From a virus (lineage: Duplodnaviria; Caudoviricetes): 64,000 nt of DNA. The DNA is taken from positions 1 through 64,000 of the IMG/VR virus record IMGVR_UViG_3300028380_000482. The stretch is one strand, 5' to 3'. The position numbers were made by a program, and so were the translations under genes. Below, one piece after another: positions 37,466 to 46,350 of the stretch (positions are counted from its first letter, which is position 1; each line of letters begins with the position of its first letter). The notes below the pieces were generated by a model. It did not search any database. It had not been told where the DNA came from and worked only from the letters and a program-made list of their open reading frames with translations.

Positions 37466-37933
37466 ATGCGAGCATGGGTTGTGTGGCTGGTGTTGTGTGT
37501 GACGGTCGCGTTCGTGGTAAAGCAATTCCTACTGGCACCCCAGTGCCAGGGAGAGGGGTGGCAGAGTATGGAGACCGCGCCACGACAACCACCAACCGAG
37601 GGGACAGCGGCGATTCCGATTGAGTTGTGTTATGCACGCAAGGGAGGGAAGCCTTGGTATGGGCTCTTTGCGTGGACAAATAGAGTACAGGTTGGACCGT
37701 CTGCTGACGAAGCAATTCCTCGTATTTACCCACAAGAGAAAGTTGCAGTCTCTAGATGTTTAGGAACGGCGAACGAATGCAGTCAAGCCCTTGTAGTGAA
37801 ACTGAAAGAATCAGAGTGGGTGAATCTGACCAAGCCAGGACACGGAATTGGGGATGAGAAGTTTTTCCTATGGCGAGTACCAGAGACAACGGACCCGAAG
37901 GAGTATGAAGCACTCAATCTAAATAAGGAATAG
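37466..37933 (+). CDS. membrane-anchored hypothetical protein
   Basis: N-terminal TM; WQSMETAP phage motif. Confidence 0.6.
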   Translation: MRAWVVWLVLCVTVAFVVKQFLLAPQCQGEGWQSMETAPRQPPTEGTAAIPIELCYARKGGKPWYGLFAWTNRVQVGPSADEAIPRIYPQEKVAVSRCLGTANECSQALVVKLKESEWVNLTKPGHGIGDEKFFLWRVPETTDPKEYEALNLNKE

Positions 37934-37936
37934 ATC

Positions 37937-38230
37937 ATGCCACTGGGGAACCGCTGTTCACGCTGCGGGCGGGGGCTTGGGCCGGGGGCACAAGAGGCGC
38001 TCTTTGGGGGCCACGAGATTTGCTACGCGTGTTTGAATACCCCCGCCTATGAAGAGATGCTCAGTGAATTGCCAACGGACGAGAGAGCGGACTGGGACCG
38101 ACTGTCGTTATGGGAGAAGGGGTTTATTCGCTCGATTCGGGAGCAATACGAAGAGCGGGGGACGTTGAGCGATTTGCAGGCAGAGAAGGTCGAACAGGTA
38201 TGGGAACGGTGGCAACGGAGACGGAGATAG
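37937..38230 (+). CDS. zinc-finger hypothetical protein
   Basis: CSRC..CYAC; LSLWEKGFI.SI..Q....LSD.Q motif. Confidence 0.65.
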   Translation: MPLGNRCSRCGRGLGPGAQEALFGGHEICYACLNTPAYEEMLSELPTDERADWDRLSLWEKGFIRSIREQYEERGTLSDLQAEKVEQVWERWQRRRR

Positions 38231-38232
38231 GC

Positions 38233-38472
38233 GTGCCTTGGAAATACTTTTTGCTTGTGTTGCCGGTGTGGGGGATGTTCACTGCGGCGGTTGGGATGGT
38301 GTTTCATGATTTGGGGTACAAGGAAGGGCTGGTTGTTTGTGAGCATCCGAAGCAAAGTAAACTACAGGAATGGCGGTATGCAGGTGACTGTGTTTGCCTT
38401 GACCCGACCGGCAATCTTGTGTCTTCATCGTGCGAAGCAAAGGGGAGTGGGGGGATCGCATGTCAAAAATAG
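38233..38472 (+). CDS. small membrane protein
   Basis: TM followed by a Cys-rich tail. Confidence 0.45.
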   Translation: MPWKYFLLVLPVWGMFTAAVGMVFHDLGYKEGLVVCEHPKQSKLQEWRYAGDCVCLDPTGNLVSSSCEAKGSGGIACQK

Positions 38473-38804
38473 GGAGTTGGGTTTTCGACAAGATATTCGG
38501 ACGGAAGCTCCTGACCGACGATCTGGTGTTTGCGGTCATTGCCGAGATGACCCCCAGGCCCGCGCATGCAGAAGATGTAGGAGAAATCATCGCGAACCGC
38601 GTAGGGCGGGACATCAGCAAGCGGGTGCTACTCACACACTTTGATAATCTCTTAGAGGCTGGGCGGATTGTCGCGGTGTGGGGTGGGGAGGGGCAGGAAG
38701 GGATACACAGACGCAAGTACGCCCCGTTCTTTGCGGTGTTACGGCCCGAACTCCGCCCTCCTGGGAAAGGCGTGCTGCTGACACCGGCCAGGGAGAAGAA
38801 GTGA
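38460..38804 (+). CDS. winged-helix-like protein
   Basis: Coupled to the coupling-protein gene; wHTH-like pattern. Confidence 0.55.
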   Translation: MSKIGSWVFDKIFGRKLLTDDLVFAVIAEMTPRPAHAEDVGEIIANRVGRDISKRVLLTHFDNLLEAGRIVAVWGGEGQEGIHRRKYAPFFAVLRPELRPPGKGVLLTPAREKK

Positions 38805-40606
38805 CAAAGACAAACGCGCTTCTCTGGAAGCTCGAACAACTCAAGACGTGGTCTCAAATCCAAGCCTCCGCCATGCAGTATTGGTTCCGGTGGGGCATTG
38901 TTGTGTGGCTGGTCAGCGCTGTGATTATTCTCGCGATGGGACTGACGATCGAGCCGGAACGGAAACAGAACGCAGTCACGTGGATAATCGCTAGCGTCGG
39001 TGCCAAGGCGCGGATCAAGACCATAGGACTCAAGACAGTCTGGTGGAAAGGCGACCCCTACGAGCCGCAGGTATTGGCAGAGTGGATGGACAAGCATGTG
39101 TACGGCGGGGCGCGGTTAAGTCAGTGGCTCGCGTGGGCGGCGGTGATGGGAATTGGACCAGTGAGTCTGATTGGCAGTATTGGGTTGTGGCGGGTACGAA
39201 AGAAGGCCGCGAAGGATGGAGAGCAACACATCAGAGGGGCGCAGATTCACACAGTTGAGGAGCTACAGAAACGAATAGGAATCAGCAGAGGAGACGGAGT
39301 TTTTGTTGGCGAGGTCTTCGTGCCGAGGGAGCAGATCAACGCCCACACCGGGATTGTCGGCTCGACTGGGGCAGGGAAATCGACGCTGATGGAGGGGATA
39401 CTTGAGCAGATCGAAGCGAGGGGAGAGCGGGTGGCGCTGGTTGATGTGGAGGGAACGTTTACGGCGAAGTTTTTCAATCCCAAGCGCGGGGATGTGATTC
39501 TGAATCCCTTGGACCGACGCTGGCAAGGGTTTGACATCAGCGCCGAGTGCGAACGGTTAGAAGACTGCGAAGCGATTGCGACGAGCCTGTTTCCGATTAC
39601 CGGACGGATGCGCGGGACGACCGGAGAGTATTTTGCTCGCGTCGGGCGGCGCGTGATCCGGGATGTGCTCAATGTGATGCGACAGCAGGGCAATGCCGAC
39701 CTGCGTGTGATTCCCGAACTCCTCCGGCATCCGAAAGCCCTGCTGGAGATGCTCGGAGACACGGAGGCAGCGGCGGAGCTGGGGTACAAAGACAGCAGAG
39801 AACGGCGGCAATTTCTTTCGGGCATTCGCACGGCGACAGACAGCTTTCGGTATCTCGATCCACAGCCAGGCGACTTGGCGAGAGACACTGTCCCGTGGAG
39901 TGCCCGGCAATGGGTCACACAAGGGGAAGGCTGGTGCTTCTTTACGGTGAGTGAATCGCAAAAAGCAGCGGTGTTGCCGTTTATTGGCTTAGCGCTTGAC
40001 CTCCTCGGACGGCAATTGTTAGAACAACCGCTTCGTCCTGAGAAACTCCTGTGGCTCTATTTTGACGAACTCGGAGACTTGCCCGCGCTAGCGACGTTGC
40101 CACGGATTGCCACACGAGTACGGAAGCGCGGTGGGGCGATCGTTTACTCGATCCCGGACCGGAGCAAGTTAGAATCGGTGTACGGAGAACACGAGACTGA
40201 TTCGATTCTGAACGCGGCGGCGGTGCGCGTATATATGCAAACTAATGACCCCAAGACCCAGGAGTGGGTTGCGGCCAGTATCGGGCGGCATGATGTGGCA
40301 CGGCAGGTCGAGAGCCACACGATGGGGAGTAAAGATGGACGGGATGCGGTGCATCTCAATCCCAACCTGAGCCGAGAAGAATACGCGATCACGCCCTCAC
40401 AGGCCGGGCAGATTCCGGTCGGGCGTGCCTACTTGAAGGTGGGCGCCTTTGGCACGGCGTATATTCGGATTCCCCTGGTGGAGCGGGAGGAGCAGGAGTC
40501 CGGCTTTCTGCCTCGCGCTGAAGCCGAAGAACTAAGAGAGGCTGAACAAGAGGAAGCGGCAGATTGGCAAGCGGACGCGCTGGCGGATGTCAGGCGAGCG
40601 ATTTAA
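38801..40606 (+). CDS. trwB: type IV coupling protein, TrwB/TraD family
   Basis: Two N-terminal TMs; HIRGA; GSTGAGKS; ILNPLDRR; WSARQWV; WLYFDELGDL; RKRGG; L..VYG. Confidence 0.92.
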   Translation: MTKTNALLWKLEQLKTWSQIQASAMQYWFRWGIVVWLVSAVIILAMGLTIEPERKQNAVTWIIASVGAKARIKTIGLKTVWWKGDPYEPQVLAEWMDKHVYGGARLSQWLAWAAVMGIGPVSLIGSIGLWRVRKKAAKDGEQHIRGAQIHTVEELQKRIGISRGDGVFVGEVFVPREQINAHTGIVGSTGAGKSTLMEGILEQIEARGERVALVDVEGTFTAKFFNPKRGDVILNPLDRRWQGFDISAECERLEDCEAIATSLFPITGRMRGTTGEYFARVGRRVIRDVLNVMRQQGNADLRVIPELLRHPKALLEMLGDTEAAAELGYKDSRERRQFLSGIRTATDSFRYLDPQPGDLARDTVPWSARQWVTQGEGWCFFTVSESQKAAVLPFIGLALDLLGRQLLEQPLRPEKLLWLYFDELGDLPALATLPRIATRVRKRGGAIVYSIPDRSKLESVYGEHETDSILNAAAVRVYMQTNDPKTQEWVAASIGRHDVARQVESHTMGSKDGRDAVHLNPNLSREEYAITPSQAGQIPVGRAYLKVGAFGTAYIRIPLVEREEQESGFLPRAEAEELREAEQEEAADWQADALADVRRAI

Positions 40607-40886
40607 GAAGGCTGCCATGAAAATCACCGCGCATGATCGACCTGTGAGTTTGCATGTCATGGTGTTTCTCAACGGCAAACTCTGTTCCCGGCACATCTTC
40701 TCAGCCGATGAAGACCGGGGAGAAATCGTCGCGTATGCCGACAGTCACGAAAGAAGATTCCGGTTGAATCCTCAGACGCAAGAGCCGGAAACTGACATCC
40801 TGACAGGGACGGTGGAAATTGTGTTGAAGCCTAATGCAGGCCCCCTGATCGAACGGCTCTATGCAAAGATGCGCAAGCAGAGGTGA
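40587..40886 (+). CDS. hypothetical phage protein
   Basis: VFLNG......ADEDRG.I......G.VEI motif. Confidence 0.65.
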   Translation: MSGERFKKAAMKITAHDRPVSLHVMVFLNGKLCSRHIFSADEDRGEIVAYADSHERRFRLNPQTQEPETDILTGTVEIVLKPNAGPLIERLYAKMRKQR

Positions 40887-40889
40887 GTC

Positions 40890-41204
40890 ATGAAACTTCT
40901 CGTCGTACTCTTGTTGTTGATGACGGCCAGTGTGTGTGACGCCGCCACACTGGCGTGGACCGACAAATCTAATAACGAGCAGGGGTTTATCGTCGAGAAG
41001 AAAGTCGGGCCGAAATGGACCGAGATTGGCCGCCCGATCGCCAACAGCACCATGTTTCTTGTGAAGATTCCGCCGAACACCTACCCCTGTTTCCGGGTGC
41101 GGGCCTATAACGCGACGGGGAAAAGTACACCGAGCAACGTCGCGTGCACCCCCAAAAAGGGTGCGAGCAAGAAAAAGCCAGGCCCCTCGAATGTGGGAGA
41201 ATAA
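40890..41204 (+). CDS. secreted fibronectin type III domain protein
   Basis: Signal peptide; LAWTDKSNNEQGFIVE...FRVRAYN..G.S..SN. Confidence 0.8.
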   Translation: MKLLVVLLLLMTASVCDAATLAWTDKSNNEQGFIVEKKVGPKWTEIGRPIANSTMFLVKIPPNTYPCFRVRAYNATGKSTPSNVACTPKKGASKKKPGPSNVGE

Positions 41205-41566
41205 TGCCGCGAACCTTCGGCCAACACTACATTTTAGTGGGCGGCGAACCGCAGCCGGTCGCCTTCGAAGAGTTCATGGCGTGGGTTCGCGAGCATATTG
41301 ACGAGACCAGAGTAGCGTACACCCAACTCGGAGAAGTGCTCGTGTCAACGATCTTTCTCGGGATGGATCACAATTTCCATAGCCGTGATACTCCGCCGCT
41401 CCTGTTCGAAACGATGGTGTTCGGCGGCCCACTCGATCACAAGTTCTTTCGTTCTCGCACGCGGGCCGAAGCCCTGCGCGCCCCAGGTCTCCCCTTCCTG
41501 AGGGGATTCCTGATGGGGTGTGAACACGAGCGTGTCTGTTCACTAGTCCGAAACTCCCAAGCATAA
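41204..41566 (+). CDS. conserved phage protein
   Basis: VSTIFLGMDHNF...PLLFETMVFGG. Confidence 0.75.
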   Translation: MPRTFGQHYILVGGEPQPVAFEEFMAWVREHIDETRVAYTQLGEVLVSTIFLGMDHNFHSRDTPPLLFETMVFGGPLDHKFFRSRTRAEALRAPGLPFLRGFLMGCEHERVCSLVRNSQA

Positions 41567-41604
41567 ATAATTTTCAGAGTCTTCCTTTTTCTTCTCCTTC
41601 TCTC

Positions 41605-41633
41605 TTGACATTAGGTTCAACCTGATGTATATA
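41605..41633 (+). promoter_or_regulatory. sigma70 promoter with palindromic AGGTTCAACCT box
   Basis: TTGACA-ttaggttcaacctgatg-TATATA. Confidence 0.75.
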
Positions 41634-41640
41634 TAGAAAC

Positions 41641-41919
41641 ATGAACACCGAAGAACTGAAGAAGATTGAAAAAGAGGGCATCGTTCCTGACCGCGCACCG
41701 CAAGAAGGGGACTGCGTTTTTACCCCTCGGTATGTACAGATTTTTGGAGTTCACAAAGCGCGCAAGCAGTATTCCTGCGATAACGGGCGGTGTACGACCG
41801 TTATTGAGAAGGGGCAGCTACATGCTTCGTCGCCGGTCAGTCGGGATCACTACTGTTTGAACTGCGCGACGTTTGAGAATGGGACCCCAGCCGGGCGGGC
41901 GCGAGAATGGGCGAAGTGA
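41641..41919 (+). CDS. zinc-binding hypothetical protein (probably leaderless mRNA)
   Basis: KARKQYSCD..C...IEKG...YCLNC; ATG 7 nt after the -10 box. Confidence 0.65.
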   Translation: MNTEELKKIEKEGIVPDRAPQEGDCVFTPRYVQIFGVHKARKQYSCDNGRCTTVIEKGQLHASSPVSRDHYCLNCATFENGTPAGRAREWAK

Positions 41920-42114
41920 TGGCCCCACCCCACGGCGTCACTTGCCTGCATGGGTCCGGCGTTCACCCCCTAGTTGGTGGCTCGCCCCCTCCGTTGTCGG
42001 GTGCTCACACTCTCTCTCTTAATAAGAGGATGACGAAGGCAAGTAAAAACAGGTTGTGAGAGGGAAGGACGAGGGGGGAAACGGGCAGCGGGATGGAAAG
42101 CATGGGCGGGCGCA

Positions 42115-42130
42115 TGTTTTACGTGGAACA
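42115..42130. other. chromosomal-type parS-like site
   Basis: TGTTTTACGTGGAACA (reverse TGTTCCACGTAAAACA), one mismatch to TGTTNCACGTGAAACA; intergenic. Confidence 0.6.
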
Positions 42131-42176
42131 CTATTGACATATTCCCCTTTCTATTGCTATACTCCAATACTATAAA

Positions 42177-42398
42177 ATGAAATATCTCACAGTCAAAATA
42201 GCGGCGCAGCAGTTAGGGATCTCTACCAAGCGGGTTTCCAAGCTCTGTAACGAAGGAACAATCAAAGCCGAACGTGCAGGCGCACGAGTGTACATTATCG
42301 ATCCAGACTCACTTGCTCAGTACAAACACAGCGAATCCCGCAAACATACACCACACACCTTCTCTGGTGGCCGTCCACCGGCCACGAAAAAAAAATAA
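42177..42398 (+). CDS. HTH_17/excisionase-like regulator
   Basis: YLTVKIAAQQLGISTKRVSKLC.EG.IKAER.G..Y.I. Confidence 0.85.
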   Translation: MKYLTVKIAAQQLGISTKRVSKLCNEGTIKAERAGARVYIIDPDSLAQYKHSESRKHTPHTFSGGRPPATKKK

Positions 42399-42497
42399 GA
42401 AATATTTTCATTTGCTCTCTTTTATCTATTGACATATGCGCCTTCTATTGCTATAAGTAAATACATGAGAGCGAACCAAGGAAAGGAAGAAAAGAAC

Positions 42498-43952
42498 ATG
42501 GAAGATCAGGCAACCGCAACGGGGTTTCAGAGTATGCTCACCACGATCTGTTTGACGCCAGAACAGCGCCAATCGGACTATGACCGCTTTCTGTTGAAGA
42601 AGGCGCAAGACACGAGCATGACGGGTTTTGAACCCACGTTCATGCCAGACTTTCTGTTTGACTTTCAGCGAGCATTGGTCGCATGGGCGGTGAATAAAGG
42701 CAGAGCAGCGTTATACGTCGATACGGGTTTGGGCAAGACGATCATGCAACTAGTATGGGCGCAGAATGTCATTGAACGAACGAACAAGCCCGTATTGATC
42801 TTGACCCCTTTGGCGGTTTCATTTCAGACGGTGACAGAGGCGGAGAAGTTTGGCATTGACGCGCAGCGGTCACGCGCTGGCAAATGGACCGGGACACGAG
42901 TGATTGTCACGAACTACGAGCAGTTGCATTTCTACAAGCCGGAAGATTTTGGCGGCGTGGTGTGTGATGAATCTGGCTGTATCAAAGCCTTTTCTAGTGT
43001 GACTCGCAAATCAGTGACCGAGTTCATGAAGAAGATTTCCTATCGATTGCTGTGTACGGCTACCCCTTCTCCAAACGATTATATCGAGCTTGGCACCTCC
43101 AGTGAGGCACTCGGAGAACTCGGTTACATCGATATGCTTAACCGCTTCTTCAAGAACGATTTGAACAATTCTAGCCAGGGGCGTTTTCATGGGCAGCAGG
43201 TCAAGTGGCGGTTCAAAGGGCATGCGCAGCTTCCCTTTTGGCGGTGGGTGTGTTCGTGGGCACGAGCGGTACGCAAACCCTCCGACCTCGGGTTTGACGA
43301 TAGTCGATTCACCCTCCCGCCATTGATTGAGAACGAGCACAAGGTGGTCAGCCGCAAAGCACCAGATGGGATGCTGTTTACCCTGCCAGCGGTGGGGTTG
43401 AAGGAGGAGCGGGAGGAACGGCGGCGGACGATTGAAGAGCGGTGCGAATTGGCTGCGGCACTGGTCAACAAGACTGGCAAACCTGCGATTACGTGGTGCC
43501 AATTGAATGACGAAGGCGATCTCCTGAAGGGGTTGATACCGGATAGTGAGCAAGTGAGCGGAGCGGATGAAGATGAGGAGAAGGAAGCGAAACTCATGCG
43601 GTTCATTACAGGGGAAACGCGGGTGCTCGTCACGAAGCCTGTTTTGTTTGGGTGGGGCTTAAATCTGCAGCACTGCAATCACATGACTGTCTTCCCCTCG
43701 CATAGCTACGAGCAACTTTATCAAGCTATCAGAAGGTGCCACCGCTTTGGTCAAACACAGTCAGTGACCGTAGATATGATTACGACCGAGGGAGAGCAAC
43801 GGGTGATGACAAACGTACAGCGGAAGTCAAAGCAGGCCGATGCAATGTTCGCTACGCTCGTGGCGGAGATGAACGCAGCGGCTCCAGTAGCACGAAGCTA
43901 TCACGCGACGCGAGATATTACGGTGCCGACATGGCTATTAGGAAATGGATAA
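42498..43952 (+). CDS. SNF2-family helicase (methylase-associated phage type)
   Basis: LFDFQ, DTGLGKT, CDES, TATPSPND, GLNLQH, QAIRRCHRFGQ. Confidence 0.92.
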   Translation: MEDQATATGFQSMLTTICLTPEQRQSDYDRFLLKKAQDTSMTGFEPTFMPDFLFDFQRALVAWAVNKGRAALYVDTGLGKTIMQLVWAQNVIERTNKPVLILTPLAVSFQTVTEAEKFGIDAQRSRAGKWTGTRVIVTNYEQLHFYKPEDFGGVVCDESGCIKAFSSVTRKSVTEFMKKISYRLLCTATPSPNDYIELGTSSEALGELGYIDMLNRFFKNDLNNSSQGRFHGQQVKWRFKGHAQLPFWRWVCSWARAVRKPSDLGFDDSRFTLPPLIENEHKVVSRKAPDGMLFTLPAVGLKEEREERRRTIEERCELAAALVNKTGKPAITWCQLNDEGDLLKGLIPDSEQVSGADEDEEKEAKLMRFITGETRVLVTKPVLFGWGLNLQHCNHMTVFPSHSYEQLYQAIRRCHRFGQTQSVTVDMITTEGEQRVMTNVQRKSKQADAMFATLVAEMNAAAPVARSYHATRDITVPTWLLGNG

Positions 43953-43958
43953 TTAACT

Positions 43959-44798
43959 ATGGATGTTCAAGGGCAGTGCGAATTTTGTCATCAACCAGTA
44001 AAGAGGAAGCAACAATCGGTATCGGCGAATGTACGAATGCATTTCTGTAACAACCAGTGCAAGGGCGAATACCAACGGCTAGCCAAACCTGTCACGAAAG
44101 AATGGCTTGAGCAGAAATATCTCGTAGAGAAATTAGACACGAGTATCATTGGAAGGCTCGTCTCTCGCGACCCTAAATCAGTATGGAATTGGTTAAAAGA
44201 TTTTCACATTCCCACGAGAGGGCGAGGTGGGCACAACAAAAGAGTTGGCGGGCCTAAATGGGTGCCGTGTCATATTGAAGTCATGCGACCTGCTCAAATT
44301 GATCTTGAGCGATGGTACCGAGAAGAATGGCAAAGTCTTGCTACCATCGCAGAAAGATTACAAGTCGGAGAAACTACGGTAGGTCGATGGTTAAATCATT
44401 ATCAAATCCCCTTACGTTCAATAAAGGAGTATCGCGCACGAGATGGCCGTGTTCCCTATCTTAAAAATGGTGTTCATCATTTGAAGGGGAAGCGCGGGGT
44501 TGAAACTCCCAATTGGAAAGGCGGCATTACACCGGAGCGGCAAGCCTTCTATCGATCCGAAGAATGGAGAATGGCGTGTATTACGGTGTGGAGAAGAGCA
44601 AAAGCGTATTGCGAACGGTGTGGAGAGAAGCAACGTAAGAAAGATCGCGGCACTTATCATATTCACCACGTCATTTCATTCAAGGTTCGGGAGTTGCGAG
44701 GAGTGCCAACAAACTTACTCCTCCTCTGTAGCCCCTGTCATCGATTCGTTCATAGCAAAGTAAATGTTCATAAAGAATATCTAGGAGAAGTATCATGA
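43959..44798 (+). CDS. HNH homing endonuclease with Zn finger and HTH repeats
   Basis: FCNNQC; NWKGGIT; CERC..HIHHV...NLLLLCSPCH..VH. Confidence 0.85.
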   Translation: MDVQGQCEFCHQPVKRKQQSVSANVRMHFCNNQCKGEYQRLAKPVTKEWLEQKYLVEKLDTSIIGRLVSRDPKSVWNWLKDFHIPTRGRGGHNKRVGGPKWVPCHIEVMRPAQIDLERWYREEWQSLATIAERLQVGETTVGRWLNHYQIPLRSIKEYRARDGRVPYLKNGVHHLKGKRGVETPNWKGGITPERQAFYRSEEWRMACITVWRRAKAYCERCGEKQRKKDRGTYHIHHVISFKVRELRGVPTNLLLLCSPCHRFVHSKVNVHKEYLGEVS

Positions 44799-45778
44799 AA
44801 ACGAACACTCAAGTTATCACTGATAGTTATGCTCTGTACAATAACGATTGCTTAGAGATTCTACCTACATTACCTAGTAAAAGCGTGGGCTTATCGGTGT
44901 ACTCACCTCCATTCGCGACATCCTCGGGGGCGTTATACACATATTCATCCTCAGACCGGGACCTGTCTAACAGTAAGGATTACGGTCAGTTTTTCGACCA
45001 CTACCGTTTCCTCGTGAAAGAGATAGCGCGGGTAACAATGCCGGGAAGAGCAAGTGCGGTTCATTGTATTGACATTCCCTCTGGCAATAGTGGGACGGAT
45101 TATTTGATCGATTTTCCCGGCGATATTATCCGCCTGCATCAAGAGGAGGGGTGGAAATACGTTGCGCGTTATTCGATCTGGAAAGAGCCCCTTGCCGTCA
45201 GAAATCGCACGATGGCGAAGAATCTGGCACACAAAACCATTGTGGATGATTCCTCGCGATGCAGTGCAGCAGGGGCAGACTATCTGTTAGTGTTTCGGCG
45301 GGAGGGGGAGAACACGATCCCGATTGCGCACCCCAACGGATTGTTGACCTATGCCGGATCACGGCAGATGCCCGCCGATGTATTGCGCTATCGTGGCTGG
45401 ACCGGCAACCAGATTGAGAACAAGTTCTCACATTGGATTTGGCGACAATACGCCAGCGCCTTTTGGGATGACGTGCGGATCGAACGCGTACTCCCCTACA
45501 AAGAATCACGGGAGGAAGAAGACGAAAAGCACGTCCATCCGTTACAACTCGATGTGATCGAGCGGGCGTTGGTCTTGTGGAGCAATCCTGGGGAAACCGT
45601 CTTAAGTCCCTTTGCCGGGGTTGGAAGTGAAATTTTTGGAGCGGTCCAGAACGGACGGAAGGGCATCGGCATTGAACTCAAGCACAGTTATTTTCGCCAG
45701 ATGGTGAAGAACCTCGCTTCTGTTCAGACCTCGCAGCACGAGCAAGGCTCACTCCTGTTCAAAGAGAGCGTCGCGTGA
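44795..45778 (+). CDS. N6A/N4C DNA methyltransferase (beta class)
   Basis: YSPPF; KHVHPLQL; VLSPFAGVGS; GIELK. Confidence 0.92.
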   Translation: MKTNTQVITDSYALYNNDCLEILPTLPSKSVGLSVYSPPFATSSGALYTYSSSDRDLSNSKDYGQFFDHYRFLVKEIARVTMPGRASAVHCIDIPSGNSGTDYLIDFPGDIIRLHQEEGWKYVARYSIWKEPLAVRNRTMAKNLAHKTIVDDSSRCSAAGADYLLVFRREGENTIPIAHPNGLLTYAGSRQMPADVLRYRGWTGNQIENKFSHWIWRQYASAFWDDVRIERVLPYKESREEEDEKHVHPLQLDVIERALVLWSNPGETVLSPFAGVGSEIFGAVQNGRKGIGIELKHSYFRQMVKNLASVQTSQHEQGSLLFKESVA

Positions 45779-46017
45779 ATGTCGATACTGATTCTCGGGG
45801 CCGCCGCTTCGATACCCGCCTCCGGCGGTCCCTGGCGGGAAAGAGACGCACGCTGTTGACGACACTCAGAGCAATGCATGAGGCCGGGATTGCAGATGAG
45901 GATATTCTCGCGTTGCTCGCACGGTTCGGGGCACGACCGGAGATGCTCACCTACCGACTAGCGGTCATTTTGTTAGACACCTGGGGAAAGTTTGTCAAAG
46001 ACGGAAGGGGCTATTAA
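45775..46017 (+). CDS. hypothetical protein
   Basis: GTGA-coupled ORF. Confidence 0.45.
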   Translation: MNVDTDSRGRRFDTRLRRSLAGKRRTLLTTLRAMHEAGIADEDILALLARFGARPEMLTYRLAVILLDTWGKFVKDGRGY

Positions 46018-46042
46018 CATTAGGTTCAACTTATTGTAGTAT
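46014..46042 (+). promoter_or_regulatory. promoter with AGGTTCAACTT box
   Basis: TTAACA-ttaggttcaacttattg-TAGTAT. Confidence 0.7.
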
Positions 46043-46076
46043 ATAAGAAGATCACACAAGAGAGGAGAGAACAAAG

Positions 46077-46319
46077 ATGCAATATTTACCCTCAGGCAAA
46101 GTGTCGGTGTTCATCAACGGGAAGTGGTCAGCGCCGATGACGGTGGAGGAGGGACAGGCGGTGGAGAACGCGGCGCGCTACGGGGCGGACTGGCGTGAGC
46201 AGCTCACAAGGCGGATCGAGGAGGCGGCAGGGGATGGGTGGAGTTGGTGGGAGGAGTTGGACGAAGCGGGGCGGCGGATGCTGGTCCGGGGGCTGTGGCG
46301 GCGGCGGTGGGCGGTGTGA
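46077..46319 (+). CDS. hypothetical Trp-rich protein
   Basis: GAGGAG RBS after the promoter. Confidence 0.6.
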   Translation: MQYLPSGKVSVFINGKWSAPMTVEEGQAVENAARYGADWREQLTRRIEEAAGDGWSWWEELDEAGRRMLVRGLWRRRWAV

Positions 46320-46320
46320 T

Positions 46321-46350
46321 TTGACTTCAGGTACAACTTTTTGCTACTAT
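46321..46350 (+). promoter_or_regulatory. promoter with AGGTACAACTT box
   Basis: TTGACT-tcaggtacaactttttgc-TACTAT. Confidence 0.7.
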
